Shown here piece by piece: positions 21,808 through 30,389 of a stretch of DNA of 64,000 nucleotides. The stretch is from positions 17,233 through 81,232 of the forward strand of contig JARKSN010000339.1 in NCBI GenBank assembly GCA_029974275.1, read 5' to 3'. The number at the start of each line of letters is the position of its first letter. The stretch's first letter is position 1. Below the pieces are notes generated by a model, which had not been told where the DNA came from, ran no database searches, and saw nothing but the letters and a program-made list of their open reading frames with translations. Source of the DNA: Candidatus Hydrogenedentota bacterium. Lineage in GTDB: Bacteria; Hydrogenedentota; Hydrogenedentia; Hydrogenedentales; SLHB01. The position numbers and the translations under genes are program-made.

Positions 21808-22758
21808 TCATTCCATTCGGAGGAGCACTTTCATCGCGTCTCGTTGAGAGGCCCGCTCGAATGCGGCGAGGGCGTCGTCGAGAGAGAACGTCTCGGTGAC
21901 AAGATGACGGACTTCGACGTTTCCCAGTGCGAGCGCTTCGAGCGCGGGCCGGAACGGGCCGCATCGCGATCCGATGATTTTCACTTCGTTGATGACGGAT
22001 TTGCTGAAATCGATGTCCGAAACGCCCGCGACGGTGGTTTTGAGCACGATCACGCCCTCAGGCCGGACAAGTTCCAATGCGCGTTCGATGCCGTCGCGCG
22101 ATCCGGTCGCCTCGACGACGATATCCGCGCCGGCCTCAATCGGGTCGTTGAACGAGGCGGTCGCGATGCGCAGCCGCTCCAGCAACGCGAGTTTTTGCGC
22201 GTGTTTGCCGACGCATACGAGGTTTTTTGAATGCAGCCACAAGGTCTGCGCGATGAGTTGGCCGAGTTTGCCGTCGCCCAGCACGATAATTCGGTCCTCA
22301 TTGCCGACGCGGATTTGTTCCAGAATGCGAAACGCCGCCGCGACGGGTTCGGCGAACACGGCCACGTCGTCGCGCATCGCATTTGGCACGAGATGCAGAT
22401 TTTCTTCCGGCAAGGTCAGGTAATCGGCGAAAGCGCCGTCGCGCCGGAGAATGCCCAAAACGGTGCGGTCGAGACAATGATGCGGCATTTCGAGCTGACA
22501 ATGGCGGCAGGTGTGACACGCGCAGTTGATTTCGCCCACGACGCGCCGCCCCGTGAGTTGAACGTTCGAGGCATGCTCCACGACGCCAACGAATTCGTGA
22601 CCGGGGATGCCGCGAAATCCCATGTACCCGTGGGTCAATTCGATGTCCGTGTTGCAGATGCCGGCCATGAGCACGCGAACAAGGGCCTCGCCCTTTCCGG
22701 GTTGTGGCGCAGGGACTTCGCATACGCGGAGATCCCCATCGTACACCAAGGCTCGCAT
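21808..22758 (-). CDS. Zn-dependent MDR alcohol dehydrogenase
   Basis: GICNTD, GHEFVG, C..C..C......C structural Zn site, GDGKLG; own TTGACT-N17-TTGAAT promoter at about 22823-22851. Confidence 0.92.
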   Translation of the reverse strand: MRALVYDGDLRVCEVPAPQPGKGEALVRVLMAGICNTDIELTHGYMGFRGIPGHEFVGVVEHASNVQLTGRRVVGEINCACHTCRHCQLEMPHHCLDRTVLGILRRDGAFADYLTLPEENLHLVPNAMRDDVAVFAEPVAAAFRILEQIRVGNEDRIIVLGDGKLGQLIAQTLWLHSKNLVCVGKHAQKLALLERLRIATASFNDPIEAGADIVVEATGSRDGIERALELVRPEGVIVLKTTVAGVSDIDFSKSVINEVKIIGSRCGPFRPALEALALGNVEVRHLVTETFSLDDALAAFERASQRDAMKVLLRME

Positions 22759-22877
22759 GGCTCGTTTCCTCTCTTTCTGTCCGCGTCGGAACACAAATAC
22801 GCCGGGACGCTCCTTATCTGGTATTCAACACAAGGACGTCTTCCCAGTCAAGAACATTGTCGGTTGCGCCGGGCGCG

Positions 22878-22919
22878 AAAAACACTGGGGCGACGCCTTT
22901 ACCGTCTTGGCGTCGCCCC
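22878..22919 (-). terminator. Rho-independent terminator
   Basis: 11-bp stem GGGGCGACGCC/GGCGTCGCCCC followed on minus strand by AGTGTTTTT. Confidence 0.75.
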
Positions 22920-23179
22920 GTGCAGATATTGTCCTTGTGTGCGCTCCTGGGGAAGGTCGCCTTGACCTGCCCGCGGGCCGCCCAACCCAATGGGTAGCCC
23001 TACCAAGAATGGACACCGCTACGTGTTGTGAGTCTCCGTCATTGATATACGTTTGTGATGTCCATCCATGGCGTCAGGAGTCGTACCTGGACCTGTCATA
23101 GCTGGAATCACCCCCTTCCCGAACCTCGCTGACGTATCCCGGTAACCCCCTAGCGGGCCCATCGCCGTCTCGAGTCGTC
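22878..23179 (-). ncRNA. Candidate structured RNA (or small-ORF mRNA), about 300 nt
   Basis: Promoter and terminator bracket a region with multibranch stems whose G-U pairs work only on the minus strand; not a family I recognise. Confidence 0.5.
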
Positions 23180-23185
23180 ATCGTT

Positions 23186-23213
23186 ATTATATCACGAGCC
23201 CGAAAAATGTAAA
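23186..23213 (-). promoter_or_regulatory. sigma70 promoter with extended -10
   Basis: TTTACA-N16-TATAAT with TGn immediately before -10. Confidence 0.7.
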
Positions 23214-23545
23214 GTGTTTTCTTTCAAAACCGCGAACACGTATTTATTGATTTACATTATATAATTGATTTTTCGGGCACGATTTCCGAGCCAAAGAGAT
23301 GCGACCGTTCAAGGTATTCGGCATCGTCCGGGAAAAAGGTGAATCGATTCAGAAGGGCATTTCCTGCGATCGTTTTTCGCTTCGGGTGAAGTTCTGAGTA
23401 TGCGGGATCGCGGAAAAGACGGCACTTTGTTGATTCGATTTGTTCCGGTGGGTTGTCGTATACTGTGTTGGATTGGCTTTTGGAAGACGATTTGTTCCCT
23501 CGTTGCTCAACAAGGCAGCGGAAATAACGCGAGAAAGAATATCCC

Positions 23546-26086
23546 ATGGCAAAGCAGTTAATGGTGCGTCCAGAGGAAGTGCGAAAAAGCGGCGAGATCG
23601 CGCTCGGTTCTATTCCCGTCAATCGATACAACCGCACGCTCCAGCAGGAACTCAAGTCGAACGCCGACATTACCCCTGCGCGGTGTCTACGTGTCTATCG
23701 CGATATGGCGCTGATCCGCGAATTCGAGAACATGCTCGACGCGATCAAAAAGCTGGGGGCGTACGAGGGCATCGCGTACAAGCACGCAGGCCCGGCGCAT
23801 TTGTCCATCGGTCAGGAAGGCGCGGCCGTCGGCGAGGCGTTTTATCTGACCGTCGATGACCACATTTACGGCAGTCACCGCAGTCACGGCGAGATCATCG
23901 CGAAGGGGCTGCGCGCCATCGATGACCTGAAGGGCGAACAACTGGACGCGATCATGCGCGGCTATTTCGACGGGACCATTCTGGGCATCGTCGAGAAGCA
24001 TGACGCAAACGGCGAGCCGCTGAAGGTCTCCGGCAAGAACAACGGCAAGTCGGGTTTGGCCACTTCCGCCGAGGAAGAACTCGGGGTGGATTTCCTTCTG
24101 TATGGTTTGCTTGCCGAGATTTTCGCGAAGGAGACCGGTTTTAACAAGGGCCTGGGCGGATCGATGCACGCCTTCTTTACGCCCTTCGGCATCTACCCGA
24201 ACAACGCGATCGTCGGCGGCAGCGCGGACATCGCGACGGGCGCGGCGTTGTACAAAAAAATTCTCAAGCAGAAGGGCGTGGTGGTCGCGAACATCGGCGA
24301 TGCGTCGATGGGCTGCGGACCGGTGTGGGAAGCGCTCGCGTTTGCGTCGATGAGCCAGTTCAAGAACCTGTGGGACGAGGCGCATCGCGGCGGGCTTCCG
24401 CTCATTTTCAATTTCATGAACAATTTCTACGGCATGGGCGGCCAGCCGATCGGCGAAACGATGGGCTTCGATCACGTCGCGCGCGTGGGCGCGGGCGTCA
24501 ATCCCGAGAAGATGCACGCCGAGTGCGTCGACGGCAACAACCCGCTCGCATTGGCCGAGGCGTACAAGCGCAAGATCGCATTGGCCAAGACGGGGCAAGG
24601 CCCGATCTTGATCGAAGCGATTTGCTACCGCCAGACCGGCCATTCGCCCAGCGATCAGTCTTCCTATCGCGAGAAGGAAGAGATCGACATGTGGCGCAAG
24701 GTCGATCCGCTCACCGAGTTCGCGGGCAAACTCGTGGAAGCAGGCGTCGCCACCGAAGACGACCTCGCCGCAATCCGCGCCTATGCGACGCGCAAGGTCA
24801 GCAAGGCGTGCCGTCTGGCGGTCGACGACAGCGTGTCGCCGCGCATGGTGCTGCTACCGCACACGACCCTCGACACGATGACATACTCGAACGTATTGGA
24901 AAAAGAACTGCCCGGCCTGCGCGACCCGCACGACGTCTCCATGCCGATCGAGCAAAACCCGCGCGTTATCCAAATCGCGAAGAAGTCGCGTAGCGGCATC
25001 GACGCCGACGGCAAAGCGCTCAAGGAAGCCCGCGCGGTCAGCTATCGCGACGCGATCTTCGAGCCCATTCTGCACCATTTCTACAACGACAGCCGCGTGG
25101 TGGCCTACGGCGAAGAGAACCGCGATTGGGGCGGTGCGTTCGCCGTGTATCGCGGCCTGACCGAAGCGTTGCCGTACCACCGCCTGTTCAACTCGCCGAT
25201 TTCCGAAGGCGCGATTGTCGGCACGGCCGTCGGGTTCGCGCTCGAAGGCGGACGCCCGGTAGTCGAGTTGATGTACTGCGACTTCATGGGACGTTCCGGC
25301 GACGAAGTGTTCAACCAGCTCTCGAAATGGCAGGCAATGTCCGGCGGGTACTGCCGCATGCCCGTCGTGTTGCGCGTATCCGTTGGCAGCAAATACGGCG
25401 CGCAACATTCGCAAGACTGGACGGCCTTGTGCGCGCACGTGCCGGGTCTAAAAGTCGTGTTCCCCGCGACGCCGTATTCGGCGAAAGGCCTGATGGCTTC
25501 GGCGTTGTTGGGCAGCGACCCCGTGATTTTTTTCGAGAGCCAGCGCCTGTATGACGTGACCGAGACCTTCCATCCGCAGGGCGTGCCCGCAGAGTATTAC
25601 ACACTGCCGATCGGCGTGCCCGAAGTACTGAAGGAAGGCCGCGATGTGACGATCATGACTTTCGGCGCGACGCTGTATCGGGCGCGCGAGGCTGCGGCCC
25701 AACTCGAACGCGACCACGGCGTGTCGGTCGAGTTGATCGATGGGCAGTCGCTCGTGCCGTTCGACTATGACATCCTTTTGAACTCCGTGCGCAAGACCGG
25801 CAAGTTGATCCTTGCGAGCGACGCCTGCGAGCGCGGCAGTTACATGCACACCATCGCTTCGAACGTGACGCAAATGGCCTTTGACGATCTCGATGCGCCC
25901 GTGTGCGTCATTGGCGCGAAGAACTGGATCGTGCCGCCCGCCGAACTCGAGGATTATTACTACCCGATGGCGAGTTGGTTCCTGGATGCGTACCACACGC
26001 AGATCAAACCCCTGCCCGGTTACCAGCCCGCCACCGATCGCAGCGTTGCCGAGATGCGGTTGGCGTCGAAGTACGGCGTGCTGTAG
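23546..26086 (+). CDS. Fused E1 alpha+beta 2-oxoacid/acetoin dehydrogenase (TPP-dependent)
   Basis: HLSIGQEG, GGSMH, GDA...NN TPP motif, GHSPSD, FNSPISEGAIVG, GAQHSQ. Confidence 0.93.
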   Translation: MAKQLMVRPEEVRKSGEIALGSIPVNRYNRTLQQELKSNADITPARCLRVYRDMALIREFENMLDAIKKLGAYEGIAYKHAGPAHLSIGQEGAAVGEAFYLTVDDHIYGSHRSHGEIIAKGLRAIDDLKGEQLDAIMRGYFDGTILGIVEKHDANGEPLKVSGKNNGKSGLATSAEEELGVDFLLYGLLAEIFAKETGFNKGLGGSMHAFFTPFGIYPNNAIVGGSADIATGAALYKKILKQKGVVVANIGDASMGCGPVWEALAFASMSQFKNLWDEAHRGGLPLIFNFMNNFYGMGGQPIGETMGFDHVARVGAGVNPEKMHAECVDGNNPLALAEAYKRKIALAKTGQGPILIEAICYRQTGHSPSDQSSYREKEEIDMWRKVDPLTEFAGKLVEAGVATEDDLAAIRAYATRKVSKACRLAVDDSVSPRMVLLPHTTLDTMTYSNVLEKELPGLRDPHDVSMPIEQNPRVIQIAKKSRSGIDADGKALKEARAVSYRDAIFEPILHHFYNDSRVVAYGEENRDWGGAFAVYRGLTEALPYHRLFNSPISEGAIVGTAVGFALEGGRPVVELMYCDFMGRSGDEVFNQLSKWQAMSGGYCRMPVVLRVSVGSKYGAQHSQDWTALCAHVPGLKVVFPATPYSAKGLMASALLGSDPVIFFESQRLYDVTETFHPQGVPAEYYTLPIGVPEVLKEGRDVTIMTFGATLYRAREAAAQLERDHGVSVELIDGQSLVPFDYDILLNSVRKTGKLILASDACERGSYMHTIASNVTQMAFDDLDAPVCVIGAKNWIVPPAELEDYYYPMASWFLDAYHTQIKPLPGYQPATDRSVAEMRLASKYGVL
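25893..26086 (+). repeat. 194-bp direct repeat, copy 1 (functional 3' end of E1 gene)
   Basis: 178/194 identical to 28247-28440 by hand alignment. Confidence 0.97.
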
Positions 26087-26106
26087 AACCTGGTTTTCGA
26101 GATCAT

Positions 26107-26144
26107 AAGAGGCCCTCTCTGTGAATGAGGGCTCTTTGTTTTTT
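26107..26144 (+). terminator. Rho-independent terminator after E1 gene
   Basis: GCCCTC-9nt-GAGGGC stem followed by TCTTTGTTTTTT. Confidence 0.75.
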
Positions 26145-26163
26145 GATACGACACAATCTTGGT

Positions 26164-26192
26164 TTCACGGGCAAAAGGAATTGCGCTATACT
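26164..26192 (+). promoter_or_regulatory. sigma70 promoter for cassette genes
   Basis: TTCACG-N17-TATACT 40 bp upstream of ATPase start. Confidence 0.55.
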
Positions 26193-26231
26193 AGATCCTG
26201 GTAGCTTTCCAAAAGGCTGAGGAATCCGAGC

Positions 26232-27614
26232 GTGTTAACTAGATTTAGGGTAAAAGGCTTCAAAAACTTGCTCGATATTGATGTGCGTTTCGGACCCTTT
26301 ACGTGTATTGCAGGCGTGAACGGAGTCGGGAAATCGAATCTTTTTGATGCAATGCGGTTTCTGCATTTGCTGGCCGCCAATCCGATTATGGAGGCGGTTC
26401 AGTCCTTGCGGGAGACAAAGGGCCGTTCGCTCGAACCTCGGTCTTTGTTCACGACTTCCGCGTCGTTCCGAAGCGAAGAAATCCGCTTCATCGCTAATCT
26501 TGTTGTCAATCGGGAGGTTCAAGACGATTTTGGCGTTGCTGCGAAAGCAGCCACATCAAGTCTGGAATACACTCTCGCGTTCCGCGTTCAAAACGGTGGA
26601 GGCGCAGAACGATTAGAGCTCGTCGAGGAATCGTTGCTTCCAACACCCATAGTCAAGGCAAGAAAAGACATTGGTTTTCCGGCATCTAAAGAATTCAAGG
26701 ACTCATGCCTAACCGGAAGAAGAGCGCAGCCGTTTGTCTCGACCAGATCAGGCGATATCCCAACAATCACGGTACATCAGGAGGGGCATGGCGGCCGGAC
26801 CCTTCCTGCGCCCAAATCATCCAGAACCATTGTGGGCGGCATGGCCTCGAGTGACTTCCCTACTATCCTTGCCGTCAACAAAGAATTCTTATCTTGGAAA
26901 AGTCTCCTTCTTGAACCTTCAGCAATGCGCGCCCCGTCTCTTTACACCGACTCCAAAAGTATTGATGCGCGCGGAGGCAATCTGCCTGCTGCGATATTCA
27001 GACTCCAAGGACAGGAAAACAACCCTGGCGAGATTTATGCGTCGCTCACGAACAGACTTGCGGAACTTATTGACGATGTCTTGGATTTGCGCGTCAAGGA
27101 TGACGAGAAAACGGAGACCTTGACGCTGGAGGTAAAAGGCAAGGATGGGGTTTTCCATCCGGCACGCTCCTTGTCGGACGGCACGCTGCGTTTCCTTGTG
27201 TTGGCGACGCTCTCCCTGGATCCGGAGACAAGAGGAGTGATTTGCCTGGAAGAGCCCGAGAATGGAATTCATCCCGAACGTATAGACGCGATGGTTCGAC
27301 TTTTGCGTGACGTTGCTGTGGATTCAAACTATCCTGTGAGCAACGAAAATCCACTTCGGCAGGTAATTGTAAACACCCATTCCCCGGAAGTCGTTAATGC
27401 CATTGCCAACTTGAATGACTTGATCTATCTCGAAGAAGAGCGGACTTCGCGCTATGGCCGCATCGCCGTGCCGACCGCGCCAGAGAATTCTTGGCGAAAC
27501 AGGATAGAAACCACCTCCGGCGCAACTCGACGGGGAAGACTAGCTCCATATTTTAGGAACCGTGACCTTCAAACATGGTTTGATTTCACGCGTGAGCCCA
27601 GAGCCGAAGCATGA
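26232..27614 (+). CDS. ABC-type/SMC-like ATPase (AAA_21/AAA_15, AbiEii/OLD-like)
   Basis: GFKN, Walker A GVNGVGKSN, signature LSDGT, Walker B/D-loop LEEPENGIHP, H-loop NTHSP. Confidence 0.92.
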   Translation: MLTRFRVKGFKNLLDIDVRFGPFTCIAGVNGVGKSNLFDAMRFLHLLAANPIMEAVQSLRETKGRSLEPRSLFTTSASFRSEEIRFIANLVVNREVQDDFGVAAKAATSSLEYTLAFRVQNGGGAERLELVEESLLPTPIVKARKDIGFPASKEFKDSCLTGRRAQPFVSTRSGDIPTITVHQEGHGGRTLPAPKSSRTIVGGMASSDFPTILAVNKEFLSWKSLLLEPSAMRAPSLYTDSKSIDARGGNLPAAIFRLQGQENNPGEIYASLTNRLAELIDDVLDLRVKDDEKTETLTLEVKGKDGVFHPARSLSDGTLRFLVLATLSLDPETRGVICLEEPENGIHPERIDAMVRLLRDVAVDSNYPVSNENPLRQVIVNTHSPEVVNAIANLNDLIYLEEERTSRYGRIAVPTAPENSWRNRIETTSGATRRGRLAPYFRNRDLQTWFDFTREPRAEA

Positions 27615-28240
27615 GGCGCTTGACGTACACACTCGTTGCAGACGGACCGAGCGATCAATGCCTCTTGCGGATCATCAACTGGACGCTTAGTCAGAGCGAT
27701 TGCATATCCCCCGAAACTGATCTTGTCTCCAGTTTCGGGCGCTTCGGATGTCGCGATTTGGCCGATCGCGTTCTCGACGGTTTCACGCAATTCCCCTGCG
27801 ATATTATCTTCGTTCATCGAGATGCAGAAAGAGAGCCTAGAGAGAAAAGGTTGCAGGAAATCAAGGAAGCGATTTCGCAGTGCCAGTCTATACGCGCCTA
27901 TGTGCCGGTGATTCCTATTCGCATGACAGAAGCGTGGCTTTTGATTGACACGAACGCAATTCGACGCGCGGCGGACAATCCGAATGGATGTGTGGCGATC
28001 GATTTGCCTTCGGTGAAAAAACTCGAGTCAGTACCCGATCCCAAGAGAGAGCTGCATAGCCTTCTGGAAGCCGCTTCCGAAAAAACAGGGCGACGTCTAG
28101 ACCAATTCAAACGGGACTTGCCCCTTAGAGTCCGGCGTGTCGCAGACTACATCGATGATTTTAGTCCGCTTCGAAGATTGCCAGCGTTCCAAAAATTCGA
28201 GGCAGATCTTTCCCGGGCACTCGAGGCTCTTGCGCGCTGA
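27611..28240 (+). CDS. TOPRIM-like protein (DUF4276-type), putative nuclease effector
   Basis: LVADGPSD, FVHRDAE, PIRMTEAWLL, PDPK motifs; ATGA-coupled to ATPase. Confidence 0.75.
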   Translation: MRRLTYTLVADGPSDQCLLRIINWTLSQSDCISPETDLVSSFGRFGCRDLADRVLDGFTQFPCDIIFVHRDAEREPREKRLQEIKEAISQCQSIRAYVPVIPIRMTEAWLLIDTNAIRRAADNPNGCVAIDLPSVKKLESVPDPKRELHSLLEAASEKTGRRLDQFKRDLPLRVRRVADYIDDFSPLRRLPAFQKFEADLSRALEALAR

Positions 28241-28246
28241 AGCACT

Positions 28247-28440
28247 ATGCGCCCGTGTGCGTCATTGGCGCGAAGAACTGGATTGTTCCACCAGCAGAGC
28301 TAGAAGACTACTACTACCCAATGGCGAGTTGGTTCCTGGACGCCTACCACACGCAGATCAAACCCCTCCCCGGCTACCAGCCCGCCACCGACCGCAGCGT
28401 TGCCGAGATGCGGTTGGCGTCGAAGTACGGCGTGCTGTAG
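28247..28440 (+). pseudogene. 194-bp direct repeat, copy 2: orphan 3' tail of E1 gene
   Basis: Encodes the identical last 63 aa of E1 plus stop, no evident RBS. Confidence 0.93.
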
Positions 28441-28497
28441 GTTTTTTGAGGGATGAAGGGCTGATCATTTGCCGCAGTGGACGCGTCGTGCGGGTTG

Positions 28498-29652
28498 TCA
28501 TTTGGCGGGCAGGACAATCATGTCGACAACTTCGCCGGGCAGGAATAGATCGTTTGAAAGGTCGCTCACAATCAGCGGCATGCCGTATTGTTCGAATTGA
28601 AGGCTGCGCCATAGGCGCGTGGGCATCAATTGAACATGATCGCCCACTTTGGTGATGGTGGCTTGCGCCACGCGCAGGGGCGCGCTCCGTGAGCGGATCG
28701 TGACCCGGTCGCCCACGGCAATCTGAGGAATGTTTTTTTCGGGCACGTAGGCCAGTACGCGTTGCGTTCGTTCGATCGCGATGGTGAGGAGCTGTTCGCC
28801 CTGAAGCGCGTTTTCCCCGGCGCGTTTGAGCATCGTGGCCACTTGTCCCGCATAGGGTGCGCGCAGCGCCAACTGTTCTCGGCGGCTGCCGATTTCCTGG
28901 ATTCGCGCTTCCTGCACTCGGATTTCCTCGCGCACGGGATCCAAAAGGGGATCGAGCGCCGGGTTCGTTCGGGCGGTCGCGAGTTCCTGTTGGCGTTTGC
29001 CGGCTTCTTCCATGCGCTTCTTGTCCATGGCGAGCGCCTTCTCGTTTTCTTCAATCCGCTTTTGCAGCGCTTCGCATTCCAGCCGCGCGATGTCGTATGC
29101 CGCGGCGTCGAGCAATCCCTCCTCCACCATGCGCCGCTGCCGGTCGCGCGCGATCTCCAGGGAGCGCAACGTGACCTTGTCCGCTTCGTGTTGGACTTGG
29201 CGATCGAGGAGGCCCAGGCGGGCTTGCTCCTCATTGAGGGAAAAGCGCCGTTGGCTGTCGATTCCTTGCAACAGCTCTGCCGTCGCATCGAATCCGATTT
29301 GAGCCTTTGTCGCTTCGACTTGGGCGGCAAGGCGGGCGATTTCCGCTTTCGCCACCGCGAGTTCGGCGTCCAGCACGGAGGTGTCCATTGTGCCGATGAC
29401 TTGGTCCGCGGCGACGGTGTCGAGCGTGTCGACGGCGAGGCATTGGATTTTGCCTGGCGCCGGCGCGGTCACCATGGCCCATTGCGGGTCCGCGATGCCG
29501 ACGCCCGTGATTTGGCGCGAACGCGTTTGCAGCAGCGCGATGACGCTGCCTACGGCAAGCAGCCAGACGAGGGCGGGGAGGAGGCGGCGCCGGATTTTTC
29601 GGAGCCGTTGCGCGGGTTTTCCCGGCCATCCATTGGAATCGTCGACTGTCAT
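28498..29652 (-). CDS. HlyD-family membrane fusion/secretion protein
   Basis: N-terminal TM, APAPGKI lipoyl half, long coiled coil, LRAPYAGQV, PGEVVD. Confidence 0.82.
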   Translation of the reverse strand: MTVDDSNGWPGKPAQRLRKIRRRLLPALVWLLAVGSVIALLQTRSRQITGVGIADPQWAMVTAPAPGKIQCLAVDTLDTVAADQVIGTMDTSVLDAELAVAKAEIARLAAQVEATKAQIGFDATAELLQGIDSQRRFSLNEEQARLGLLDRQVQHEADKVTLRSLEIARDRQRRMVEEGLLDAAAYDIARLECEALQKRIEENEKALAMDKKRMEEAGKRQQELATARTNPALDPLLDPVREEIRVQEARIQEIGSRREQLALRAPYAGQVATMLKRAGENALQGEQLLTIAIERTQRVLAYVPEKNIPQIAVGDRVTIRSRSAPLRVAQATITKVGDHVQLMPTRLWRSLQFEQYGMPLIVSDLSNDLFLPGEVVDMIVLPAK

Positions 29653-30338
29653 AGTTCGCCCTGTTCTTCGTGCAAGACGAAACTGACTTGCGAGATGCCG
29701 GTGGTTTCGCGGAGTTGGGCGACGAAATCTTCCGCCTTGGCGGGATTTCGCAGGACAAGCCGGTATGCGACTTCTCCTTCGCCCGATTCGTGCACCCGGT
29801 GCGAGATGAGGTTTGCGGCGTGGCAGTGGCGCTCGAGCAGGTCTTGCACTTGGGCGATGGAGCCGACGCTCGGGGCGACGTGAAAGCGCACGAATCCGTC
29901 GCTGCTTACGCGGGCTCCGAATTGGGCCCAGTGCAGGTACAACACGATTCCGGCGAATACGGCCGCGCCCAAGGTCGCCAATTCATAGCGGCCCGTTCCG
30001 GTCGCCATGCCGATCACCAGCGCGAAGAAGATGAACGCCGTGTCACGCGTATCCTTGAGGATATTGCGGAAGCGAATGACGGCCAAGGCCCCGATAAGGC
30101 CGAAAGCGATCGCGATGTTGTCGCCGATGACCATCATGCCTAGGCTCACGATGACCGTCAACAGCACGATTGACTGCACAAAGGCCTTTGAATACGAAAG
30201 TCCCGTGTGCGTCAATGCGTACATCCATGCGGTCGCCTGCCCGAAGATAAACGCCAGCAACAGCCCGAGGGCGGCCTCCCCGATCCGGGCATTGGTTCCG
30301 CTGCCTGCCGACGCGAGCCATGTCGTCAACTCGTTCAT
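29649..30338 (-). CDS. DUF4956 membrane protein
   Basis: IGDNIAIAFGLIGALAVIRFRNILKDTRD, GMATG. Confidence 0.92.
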   Translation of the reverse strand: MNELTTWLASAGSGTNARIGEAALGLLLAFIFGQATAWMYALTHTGLSYSKAFVQSIVLLTVIVSLGMMVIGDNIAIAFGLIGALAVIRFRNILKDTRDTAFIFFALVIGMATGTGRYELATLGAAVFAGIVLYLHWAQFGARVSSDGFVRFHVAPSVGSIAQVQDLLERHCHAANLISHRVHESGEGEVAYRLVLRNPAKAEDFVAQLRETTGISQVSFVLHEEQGEL

Positions 30339-30389
30339 TGGGTCACCATTCCGATCGGATTGCAGGCGCGCTTGTTTTTTTGCGAGTCA

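Larger units (their letters stand above)
25893..28440 (+). mobile_element. Integrase-less cassette (2354-bp unit) inserted at E1 gene 3' end
   Basis: Flanking gene-tail duplication, AT-richer cargo with own terminator and promoter, no recombinase encoded. Confidence 0.8.

Noticed and set aside
25893..28440. DGR template/variable repeat pair
   Set aside because: Mismatches are silent third-position changes not restricted to adenines, and no reverse transcriptase is present.
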